Below are positions 9,325 to 17,100 of a stretch of DNA of 64,000 nucleotides, piece by piece (the stretch's first letter is position 1; each line of letters begins with the position of its first letter). This DNA comes from Trueperaceae bacterium (GTDB lineage: Bacteria > Deinococcota > Deinococci > Deinococcales > Trueperaceae). The notes under the pieces were generated by a model, which saw nothing but the letters and a program-made list of their open reading frames with translations, did not search any database and was not told the DNA's origin. The DNA is taken from the NCBI GenBank assembly GCA_035703635.1, contig DASSXV010000044.1:54056-118055 (forward strand). The letters run 5' to 3'. The translations under genes and the position numbers were made by a program.

Positions 9325-11571
9325 GTGTTGGAAGCCGACCTGCTAGCCCCCCTCAACGAAGAGCAACGGAGCGCCGTCGTGCACCTAGAGGGTCCCGCGC
9401 TCGTGCTGGCTGGCGCTGGTTCGGGCAAGACGCGCACTGTCGTGCACCGCATCGCTTACCTCCTTAGTCACCACGGCGTGCTACCGCAACAGGTCCTCGC
9501 CGTCACCTTCACGAACAAGGCAGCTGGCGAGTTGAGGGAGCGCGTTCAGGAACTCATCGGCCCGCCCGGCCGCGACCTGTGGGTCAGCACCTTCCACAGC
9601 GCCTGCCTGAGGGTGCTGCGCACCTACGGGGAGCGTATCGGCCTCAAACCCGGTTTCGCCATCTACGACGACGGTGACCAGCTTGACATCCTCAAGGACA
9701 TCCTCGGCACCGTGAACGGCCTGACAGAGGCCAACCCACGCGCGCTGCGCTCCGTCATCGACCGCGCCAAGTCCAACTTGTGGACGTCGGAGACTTTCGC
9801 CAGCGAGGGGCAACGCGTGTGGGGGCCGCTCGTCTCAGGCTTGCCTATCGAGTTGATCGCCGAGGTCTACCAGCGCTACCAAGCGCGCCTTGCTGCCGCG
9901 AACGCCGTCGATTTCAACGACATCCTCGGCCGCACCGTCGAGCTCTTCGACGAGCACCCGGACACGCTCGAGCGCGTGCAGCAACGCGCCGTCTTCATTC
10001 ACGTCGACGAGTATCAGGACACCAACGCCGCGCAGTACCGCCTCACCAACCAGTTGGCGAGCACGTACGAGAACCTCATGGTGGTAGGCGACCCTGACCA
10101 GAGCATCTACGCCTTCCGCGGCGCGGACGTGCGCAACATCCTCGACTTCAGGGCAGATCACCCAGCCGCCGCCGTCTACCGTCTCGAGCTCAACTACCGC
10201 TCAGTCGGCAGCGTGCTCAAGGTCGCCAACGCCATCATCGGCCACAACAAGGGCCGCATCGAGAAGAGCCTGAGGCCGGTCAAGGGTGAGGGCGAGCAGG
10301 TGCGCATCTACCGCGCCGCGGACCACCGCGCTGAGGCCGACTTCGTGGCGCGCACCATCGAGCGCATTCGAGCGGAGCGCGACTTGCCTTTCGAGGCGTT
10401 CGCCGTCCTGTACCGCACGAACTCACAGTCGCGCGTCATGGAAGAGGCGCTGCGGCGTGCGTCCATCCCAGGCCGCATCGTAGGTGGCGTCGGCTTCTAC
10501 GACCGGCGTGAGGTCAAGGACGTGTTGGCGTACGCCCGCGCCGCGCTCAACCCCGCGGACGACGTGGCGTGGCGCCGCGTACTCAACCGGCCCAAGCGTG
10601 GCATCGGCAACACCAGCGAGGAGCGGCTGGTGGCGTGGGCAGTGCGCAACGGGCGACCGTTCTCGGCCGCATGCAGGGAAGCCAACGACATCCTAGCTGG
10701 CACTCCCGGCGCCAAGCGGGTCGCCGACTTCGTGCAGCTCATGGACGACCTCGCTGCCGCCGCGGACGAGCTGCCCGCCGCGAACTTCCTCAAGTTCGTC
10801 TACGACGCCTCCGGTTACATCACGGCCCTCAAGACCGAGGGCACGCATGAGTCAGAGGGCCGCATCGAGAACCTCGAGGAGCTCCTCTCGGCCATCACTG
10901 AGTGGCAGGAAGAGCAAGGCGGCTCCATCGCCGACTTCCTAGACGAGGCCGCGCTGCTTGGCAGCAACGACGACCGCGCCGTCGAAGCCGTCAACGGCGA
11001 GAAGGTCGACGACGCCGTCACCCTCATGACGCTCCACAACGCCAAGGGGCTCGAGTTTCCCGTCGTGTTCCTCGTCGGCATGGAGGAGGGACTCATCCCG
11101 CACCGTAGCTCCACCGGCTCACTGCCAGAGATCGAGGAGGAGCGGCGGCTGCTTTACGTCGGCGTTACCCGCGCTCAAGAGGAGCTCTACCTAGTCCATT
11201 GCGAGGCGCGCATGACTTTCGGCCGCACCGAGCCGGCGCGTCCGAGTCGTTTCCTGGAGGACATCCCGCGCGACATGCTGATGGAGACGGATGTCTTCGG
11301 TCAGCAGTTCGCTGGCGCGCTCGCGGCCAGCAAGTTCTCGCGCGACGTCTGGAAACCGCCGACGGCCCCAGCCGCCGCCGACGCTGGCGGTGCGGGCGCC
11401 AAGGGCGGACTCACCCTGCGTGGCGGTGAGCGCGTCAAGCACCCCAAGTTCGGCGTCGGCACCGTCGTCGGCGTAAGCGGCGAGGGCGCACGCGCCGAGG
11501 TGACCGTCGTCTTCGAGAGCGCGGGCGCCAAGCGCCTCCTCGTCAAGTTCGCCGGCCTCTCCCCAGCCTGA
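9325..11571 (+). CDS. pcrA: ATP-dependent DNA helicase PcrA/UvrD
   Basis: LAGAGSGKT, VDEYQDTN, VGDPDQSIYAFRGA, LELNYRS, MTLHNAKGLEFP, EEERRLLYVGVTRA, C-terminal Tudor-like HPKFGVG; start GTG 9325 after TATGCT. Confidence 0.95.
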   Translation: MLEADLLAPLNEEQRSAVVHLEGPALVLAGAGSGKTRTVVHRIAYLLSHHGVLPQQVLAVTFTNKAAGELRERVQELIGPPGRDLWVSTFHSACLRVLRTYGERIGLKPGFAIYDDGDQLDILKDILGTVNGLTEANPRALRSVIDRAKSNLWTSETFASEGQRVWGPLVSGLPIELIAEVYQRYQARLAAANAVDFNDILGRTVELFDEHPDTLERVQQRAVFIHVDEYQDTNAAQYRLTNQLASTYENLMVVGDPDQSIYAFRGADVRNILDFRADHPAAAVYRLELNYRSVGSVLKVANAIIGHNKGRIEKSLRPVKGEGEQVRIYRAADHRAEADFVARTIERIRAERDLPFEAFAVLYRTNSQSRVMEEALRRASIPGRIVGGVGFYDRREVKDVLAYARAALNPADDVAWRRVLNRPKRGIGNTSEERLVAWAVRNGRPFSAACREANDILAGTPGAKRVADFVQLMDDLAAAADELPAANFLKFVYDASGYITALKTEGTHESEGRIENLEELLSAITEWQEEQGGSIADFLDEAALLGSNDDRAVEAVNGEKVDDAVTLMTLHNAKGLEFPVVFLVGMEEGLIPHRSSTGSLPEIEEERRLLYVGVTRAQEELYLVHCEARMTFGRTEPARPSRFLEDIPRDMLMETDVFGQQFAGALAASKFSRDVWKPPTAPAAADAGGAGAKGGLTLRGGERVKHPKFGVGTVVGVSGEGARAEVTVVFESAGAKRLLVKFAGLSPA

Positions 11572-11677
11572 TGCCTGCGCCATGCGAGCGCACGACCTCA
11601 CCGGGCATTAACCTGGCGCGGCGGGAGCGGATGGTATGCTCCCCCCAGCCTAGTAACCACCCAGAAGGAGTAAGACT

Positions 11678-12487
11678 GTGAACGCGAAAGCTATCGTGGT
11701 GACGTCCGGCAAGGGCGGGGTAGGAAAAACCACCACTACCGCTAACGTAGGAGCGGCGCTGGCGCGCTTGGGTGAGAAGGTCTGCGTCGTCGACACTGAC
11801 GTCGGCCTGCGCAACCTTGACGTGGTGATGGGCTTAGAAGGTCGGGTCGTTTACGACCTCATAGACGTGTTCGAGGGCCGCTGCAAGCTCAGGCAGGCCA
11901 TCATCCGCGACAAGCGCGTAGACACGCTGCACCTCCTAGCCACCTCCCAAACCCGTGACAAGTCCGCGCTGTCCGAGTCGCGCATGAAGGACGCCGTGCG
12001 CGCGCTCCTCGAAGAGGAGGGCTTCGACAGGGTGCTCATCGATAGCCCAGCAGGCATCGAGTCAGGCTTCCAGACTGCCGCCAGCGCCGCCACCGGCGCT
12101 CTCGTCGTCGTCAACCCGGAAGTCTCCAGCGTGCGTGACGCCGACCGCATCATCGGCCTCCTCGAAGCTCGCGAGATCCCAGAGGTGCGCCTCATCGTCA
12201 ACCGCCTCCGACCCGAGATGGTCAAGCGCGGCGACATGCTTGAAGTCAGCGACGTTCTCGACATCTTGGGCGTCAAGCTCATCGGCATCGTGCCTGAGGA
12301 CGAACGCATCCTCATTTCCACCAACGTCGGCAACCCCGCCTCACTTGATGAGGGACCCAAGGTAGCTGCCGGCGCCGCGTTCCGCGACATCGCCAAGCGC
12401 ATAAGGGGAGACGACGTGGCCTACCCCTCGTACGACCAGCCTAGCGGCTTCCTCGCCTCGCTTAGGCGCCTCTTCGGAGCGAACTGA
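11678..12487 (+). CDS. minD: septum site-determining ATPase MinD
   Basis: SGKGGVGKTT, DVGLRNLDVVMGLE, DSPAGIE, PEVSSVRDADR, C-terminal amphipathic helix GFLASLRRLFG. Confidence 0.97.
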   Translation: MNAKAIVVTSGKGGVGKTTTTANVGAALARLGEKVCVVDTDVGLRNLDVVMGLEGRVVYDLIDVFEGRCKLRQAIIRDKRVDTLHLLATSQTRDKSALSESRMKDAVRALLEEEGFDRVLIDSPAGIESGFQTAASAATGALVVVNPEVSSVRDADRIIGLLEAREIPEVRLIVNRLRPEMVKRGDMLEVSDVLDILGVKLIGIVPEDERILISTNVGNPASLDEGPKVAAGAAFRDIAKRIRGDDVAYPSYDQPSGFLASLRRLFGAN

Positions 12488-12726
12488 TGTTTCAAGGTCT
12501 GTTCGGTCGCCGCAAGAGCAAGGATGAACTCAAGGAGCGCCTCAAGCTCGTACTCTCATACGACCGCGCCAAGATCAGCCCGGCGAACATGGACGCCCTG
12601 AAGCGCGAGCTCGTTACGGTCATCAAGAAGTACTTCCCGTCTGACGACGGCGACCTTGACGTCAAGGTCGAGCAGCAGGGCGACCGCGTGGTGCTGATGG
12701 CCAACTTGCCGGTACCGCGCGGCTGA
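12487..12726 (+). CDS. minE: cell division topological specificity factor MinE
   Basis: KERLKLVLSYDR, VIKKYF, LMANLPV; TGATG overlap with minD. Confidence 0.93.
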   Translation: MFQGLFGRRKSKDELKERLKLVLSYDRAKISPANMDALKRELVTVIKKYFPSDDGDLDVKVEQQGDRVVLMANLPVPRG

Positions 12727-12762
12727 GGCAGCGCATACGACGCTGGGAGGTTTCGGTTCCGC

Positions 12763-13428
12763 ATGAGTGATCGCTTCGACGTCTTGCTGGTCGAGCCAGA
12801 CGAGTTGCAGCGGCAACTTATCGACGTGCTCCTCAGCGATGCTCGCATTCACATAGCAGAAGTCACCACGGCCCGCGAAGCGCTCGAACACTTGCGCGGC
12901 GCAACGCCAGACCTCGCGATCGTGGCGGCGGAGTTGCCTGACCTCGACGGCTTCGCGTTAGCCACCCGCATCAAGCGCGTGGCTCGCCTCTCCGGCATGC
13001 CCATGATCGTCACGGCAGACCCTGACGCCGGTTCGGGGCTGTCACCCCGCCTGCGTTTCCGTGGCGAGGAGGCGCACGTCGACCTCGTTCTCCCCCGCCC
13101 GCTCGGCGACAAGAACCTCAAAGAGCGTGCCATGCGCCTCATGCTCACACGCGGCGAGCCGGCGCCCAGCGTTCAAGACCGCGCGCTGCGCAGTACCGTC
13201 GCGCTTGATGAGGCCATCGAGAACCTGGGGCATCACACTCTCCCCCGCTCCACGGCGGCCGACACGATCGCGGAGCCAGCTAGCCCGGCCCGCGCTCACC
13301 TACAGCGTGCGGAGCTCAAGGCCCTGGAGCGCGAGAACCTAGCGTTGAGACGCGAGAACGAAGAGTTGCGCGCCACCATTGCCCAACTCAAGCGCCAACT
13401 TCCCGGCGGCAGGAACACGCGCAGCTGA
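12763..13428 (+). CDS. atypical (pseudo-)receiver domain protein with C-terminal coiled coil
   Basis: receiver fold VLLVEPD...PDLAIVAAELPDLDG, phospho-Asp replaced by Ala and KP by RP; heptad ELKALERENLALRRENEELRATIAQLKRQL. Confidence 0.75.
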   Translation: MSDRFDVLLVEPDELQRQLIDVLLSDARIHIAEVTTAREALEHLRGATPDLAIVAAELPDLDGFALATRIKRVARLSGMPMIVTADPDAGSGLSPRLRFRGEEAHVDLVLPRPLGDKNLKERAMRLMLTRGEPAPSVQDRALRSTVALDEAIENLGHHTLPRSTAADTIAEPASPARAHLQRAELKALERENLALRRENEELRATIAQLKRQLPGGRNTRS

Positions 13429-13443
13429 TCGGTCGTTGAGGTT

Positions 13444-13872
13444 CTAGCTCAGGTCGTCGTGCGACGGCGTTACGAGGTGAGCGACGGCCCACTCGCGGAT
13501 GGCGGCTATCACGACCTCGAGGTCCTGGCCTGAGTCCGTCAGCTCGTAACTGCAGCGCGGCAAGCCAGCGCCGTTCGACTCGTCGTGAAGGACCTCGCGG
13601 TGTATGACACCGAGCCCCTCCAAGCGCGCCAAGCGCTGAGTAAGCGTCGTTGGGTTGCAGCCACCCACCTCGCGTCCGAGTTCGTTGAACCCCTTCGGGC
13701 CTTCGAGTAGCGCGTGCACGATGTGCAGCACCCACTTCTCCTGCAAGAACTCGATGGCCGAACCGGCCGCGCACCTCCGCACCGAGCCAGACCCGCGGCT
13801 GCGCTCGACGCGCAGTTCGGAGTCTTCTCTCATTGGAGCGTGGACACCGGTGACGCTGCGTAAGTCTCCCAC
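13444..13872 (-). CDS. HxlR-family winged-helix transcriptional regulator
   Basis: C...AIEFLQEKWVLHIV, FNEL, TLTQRLARLE, YELTDSG, IREW; alternative start ATG 13833. Confidence 0.88.
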   Translation of the reverse strand: MGDLRSVTGVHAPMREDSELRVERSRGSGSVRRCAAGSAIEFLQEKWVLHIVHALLEGPKGFNELGREVGGCNPTTLTQRLARLEGLGVIHREVLHDESNGAGLPRCSYELTDSGQDLEVVIAAIREWAVAHLVTPSHDDLS

Positions 13873-14068
13873 TTCCGCGAGTCTATCACCGCGGCACCGC
13901 GCAAGCTTTGTCCCGGCCTACACGCTATTCCAGCGGGACGAAAGCTGGTTCTGGCTCTCGAGGTCCGGGTGGTAAGCTTAGATCCCGGGCGCTGGCGGCC
14001 GCGGCGACCACCTGCGTGACCGGGGGTACGGCGGCTAACAGGCAACGTGTTCGCCCGAAGGGAGCTAC

Positions 14069-14602
14069 ATGAACATCTACAAGCTGATCGGTCGCAACAT
14101 TGAGGTCACGGACGCCATGCGGCAGTACGCAGAGGACAAGCTCTCGCGGCTCGACCGGTACTCCGATCAGATCGTCGACGCCAGCGTGGTCATGGGGTAC
14201 GACACCCACGAGAACGCAGCCAACCCGGCCAAGGTCGAGGTGCAGCTCAACCTGCCTGGCGGCATGATCCGCGCGGAAGAGCGCGCCCTAGACACGTACG
14301 CGGCCGTCGACTTGGTCGTCGCGAAGCTCGAACGGCAGCTCAAGCGCTTCAAGGGCAGGCTCATCGCTCAGCGCGGCGAGACGATCGCGCCGCCCGTCGA
14401 CGAGCCGGAGGAGTACCGCCCAGCGCATGTTGCGCGCGTCAAGCGCCACGTGCTCAGGCCGATGGCTCCTGAAGACGCTGCCATTCAGATGGAGGCCCTC
14501 GGTCACGAGTTCTTCCTCTTCCGCAACGTCGAAACCGATCTCGTAAGCGTCATCTACCTACGCGACGACGGCGATTACGGCTTGATCGAGCCAGCCAGCT
14601 AA
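14069..14602 (+). CDS. hpf: ribosome hibernation promoting factor (long HPF/RaiA)
   Basis: GRNIEVTDAMRQY, DTYAAVDLVVAKLERQLKRFK, PMAPEDAAIQMEALGHEFFLF, YGLIEP. Confidence 0.95.
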   Translation: MNIYKLIGRNIEVTDAMRQYAEDKLSRLDRYSDQIVDASVVMGYDTHENAANPAKVEVQLNLPGGMIRAEERALDTYAAVDLVVAKLERQLKRFKGRLIAQRGETIAPPVDEPEEYRPAHVARVKRHVLRPMAPEDAAIQMEALGHEFFLFRNVETDLVSVIYLRDDGDYGLIEPAS

Positions 14603-14613
14603 GCAGCACTCAC

Positions 14614-15330
14614 TTAACCGAAGTAAGGCTCATTCGCCCGCGGCGCGCTGCGGGCGACGCTCTTCGCGAGCAGCACCCCGTAGCCGAACCCGCCAACGTG
14701 CGCCCACCACGCAACACCGCCCGCGTCTGCCACGGTCGCGCCAAGCGCCTCCGTTGCCTGGATGAGCGCCCAGTAGCCAAGGAACGCCCAGGCGGGCAGC
14801 CACGGTGCGAACCATGGGCGCTGGCGGGAGAAGAGGCGCACGATGAGCCAGGGGCCAACCAGCACCGGGATGAGCGCCTGCACGTGCTGCCGCGGGAACA
14901 GCCGCATGTAGGCGCCGAGGCACGCGCTGATGGCGCCTGAAGCGCCGACCAGGGGCGTGCGGGGGTCGCCGCCGAGTAACGCCTGCGCCGTCGCGGCCAC
15001 CGCCGCGCCTCCCAGGTAGAACAGCAGGAAGCGCCAGTGGCCTAACCTGTCCTCGACGTTGTCGCCGAACACGAGCAGGAAGATCATGTTGCCAAGCAAG
15101 TGCGCGATGCTGGCGTGCAGGAACGCGTGGGTGACGAGCGTGGGTATGGCGCCAGCGAAGTCCACCCCGAAGCGCGCTGGAACCAGGCCGTACTCGTAGA
15201 TGAAGCGCACGGCGGCGCGGCTCTCCCCTAGGCGGAGCTGGTAAGCGAATACCGCCACGTTGACGAGCGCGATGCTCCAGGCGACCACCGGCCACGACCG
15301 TCTCGGGTTGCGATCGCGCAGCGGGATCAG
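14614..15330 (-). CDS. rhomboid family intramembrane serine protease (probable CTG start)
   Basis: (M)IPLRDRNP N-terminus, FLHASIAHLLGNM, FGDNVEDRLG, GASGA, AWWAHVGGF. Confidence 0.9.
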   Translation of the reverse strand: MIPLRDRNPRRSWPVVAWSIALVNVAVFAYQLRLGESRAAVRFIYEYGLVPARFGVDFAGAIPTLVTHAFLHASIAHLLGNMIFLLVFGDNVEDRLGHWRFLLFYLGGAAVAATAQALLGGDPRTPLVGASGAISACLGAYMRLFPRQHVQALIPVLVGPWLIVRLFSRQRPWFAPWLPAWAFLGYWALIQATEALGATVADAGGVAWWAHVGGFGYGVLLAKSVARSAPRANEPYFG

Positions 15331-15367
15331 TTAGACGACCCCGCCAACTGCCTCGCCTGCGCCCGCC

Positions 15368-16030
15368 TCACGTGCGCCTGGCGGTCGTGATGTCCGGGCG
15401 GAACTTGACGATGCTGTCGGCCTCGATCACGCCGCGCACGGAGGCGCCGTGATAGACGATGGCCCGTGGCCCGATGACGGTGCCAGGAGCAGTGACGGCG
15501 TTGCAGCCGATACTTACGCCGTCGCCTAGCACGGCGCCGAGCTTGCGTAGTCCGGTAGCGTGGCCCGCGACCTTGATCTCATCACCGAACGTCTTGTAGT
15601 TCGCGAGCTTCACGCCTGCCCCGAGGTTGACATCATGCCCGATGACGCTGTCGCCAACGTAGTTGAAGTGCGGGGCTTTGGATCCACCGAGGAAGAGCGA
15701 GCGCTTGACTTCAGTGGCGTGCCCGACGTGCGCGTGGGGGCCGAGCACGACCGGTCCGCGCAAGTATGCGCCGTGGCCGATCTTGGCGCCTGGGAACAGG
15801 AGTATCGGCCCCGTCAAGTAACTGTACGGGCCCACTTCTGCGCCTTCCATGACGACGAGCGGACCTTCTACGATGGCGGTTGGGTGGACCGCGCCGATCC
15901 TGAGATCCGACAGGTTTGAGCAGAAGGCGTCTAGGCGCGCCAGCGCCTCCCAGGGGAACTCGACGTCTAGGAGCGGACCGAGTTCGTCCGGAACGCGCGC
16001 GCTCTCGAACAGTTGCGCTGGCGTGAACAT
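15368..16030 (-). CDS. left-handed beta-helix acyltransferase (GlmU C-terminal-like)
   Basis: hexapeptide repeats, HFNYVGDSVIGHDVNLGAGVKLAN, TGLRKLGAVLGD; TACACT 6 nt upstream of ATG 16030. Confidence 0.82.
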   Translation of the reverse strand: MFTPAQLFESARVPDELGPLLDVEFPWEALARLDAFCSNLSDLRIGAVHPTAIVEGPLVVMEGAEVGPYSYLTGPILLFPGAKIGHGAYLRGPVVLGPHAHVGHATEVKRSLFLGGSKAPHFNYVGDSVIGHDVNLGAGVKLANYKTFGDEIKVAGHATGLRKLGAVLGDGVSIGCNAVTAPGTVIGPRAIVYHGASVRGVIEADSIVKFRPDITTARRT

Positions 16031-16073
16031 GCCGCAAGTGTACCGCCGGACCCGGATACAATCGAGCGCGAAC

Positions 16074-16967
16074 GTGTTACATCTCATCTTCAACCCAGCA
16101 GCAGGTAAGGGCCGCGCACGCAAGGCCCTCACAGAGGCGCTCGCCTTCCTCGATGCAAGGGCGGCGCCCTACATGCTTCACACGACTTCAGGCCCTGGTC
16201 ACGCTACTGAGCTGGCGGCGGCTAGCCCTCCCGGCGCAACCGTGGTGGCAATGGGCGGTGACGGCACAGCTCATGAGGTGGTCCTTGGGCTCTTGCGGCG
16301 CGGCACGCCGCACGATGTGACTGGCGACCGCACCCTTGGCGTCTTGCCGTTAGGTTCCGGAGACGACTTCGCCTACAGTCTGGGTCTCTCGCGCGACGAC
16401 CTGCCTGCCGCGCTGGAGCGCCTCGTGGCGGGTGAACGCAAGCGGGTTGACCTTGGTTTCGTCAACGGCGAGCCGTTCCTGAACAGCGTCGGCACTGGCT
16501 TCGACGCCGAGGTGGCGCACCGGGTCCGCAACTCGCCGCGTTTCCTCCCCGGCCTAGCTGGCTACTTGTACTCGACTTTGGCGACCCTGGCCATCCTCGA
16601 CTGCCCGCCGGTCGAGGTGTGGGTCGATGGGACGTCGGTGCACTCCGGCCCCGCCCTGCTGGTTGGAGCGCAGAACGGGCCACGCACGGGCGGCAGTTTC
16701 CTGTTCGCTCCACACGCCGTGCCGACAGATGGGCTGTTGGACGTTGTGGTGGCCAGTCGCTTGACGCACCTTGGCACCTTGCGGCTCTTGCCGTTGGTCA
16801 TGCGCGGCCGCCACTTGGAGCATCCTGCCGTAGCGCTCCACCGCGGCAAGACCGTGCGAGTTCTCTGGGAGACACCGCGGCCGGGCCACGCGGACGGCGA
16901 ACCGCTGCCGCTCACAACCACGTTCGACGTGAGCGTAGCGCCTGGCGCCTTGCCGGTCATCGCCTAG
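16074..16967 (+). CDS. diacylglycerol/lipid kinase family protein (YegS/BmrU-like)
   Basis: FNPAAG, MGGDGT, LPLGSGDDFA, GFDAEV, DGLLDV, DGE. Confidence 0.9.
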   Translation: MLHLIFNPAAGKGRARKALTEALAFLDARAAPYMLHTTSGPGHATELAAASPPGATVVAMGGDGTAHEVVLGLLRRGTPHDVTGDRTLGVLPLGSGDDFAYSLGLSRDDLPAALERLVAGERKRVDLGFVNGEPFLNSVGTGFDAEVAHRVRNSPRFLPGLAGYLYSTLATLAILDCPPVEVWVDGTSVHSGPALLVGAQNGPRTGGSFLFAPHAVPTDGLLDVVVASRLTHLGTLRLLPLVMRGRHLEHPAVALHRGKTVRVLWETPRPGHADGEPLPLTTTFDVSVAPGALPVIA

Positions 16968-17023
16968 GAACCGCAGGCTGGGGCCCCGGCGCTCTAGTCG
17001 ATGGCACGTTCGTTAGCACAAAC

Positions 17024-17060
17024 AAGGGTGAGGCCCCGCTTGCGCGGGGCCTCACCTTTA
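17024..17060. terminator. bidirectional terminator between the convergent kinase and slpA
   Basis: ~16-bp stem AAGGGTGAGGCCCCGC/GCGGGGCCTCACCTTT, 4-nt loop, T-rich tails on both strands. Confidence 0.85.
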
Positions 17061-17100
17061 CTCTTTGGTTCCGGCGTAAGCCGGGTTACTGCTCCGCTCC

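Noticed and set aside
13902..13946. Inverted repeat AGCTTTGTCCC...GGGACGAAAGCT between the HxlR gene and hpf
   Set aside because: Long spacer, no recognisable RNA or operator family; plausible by chance in GC-rich DNA
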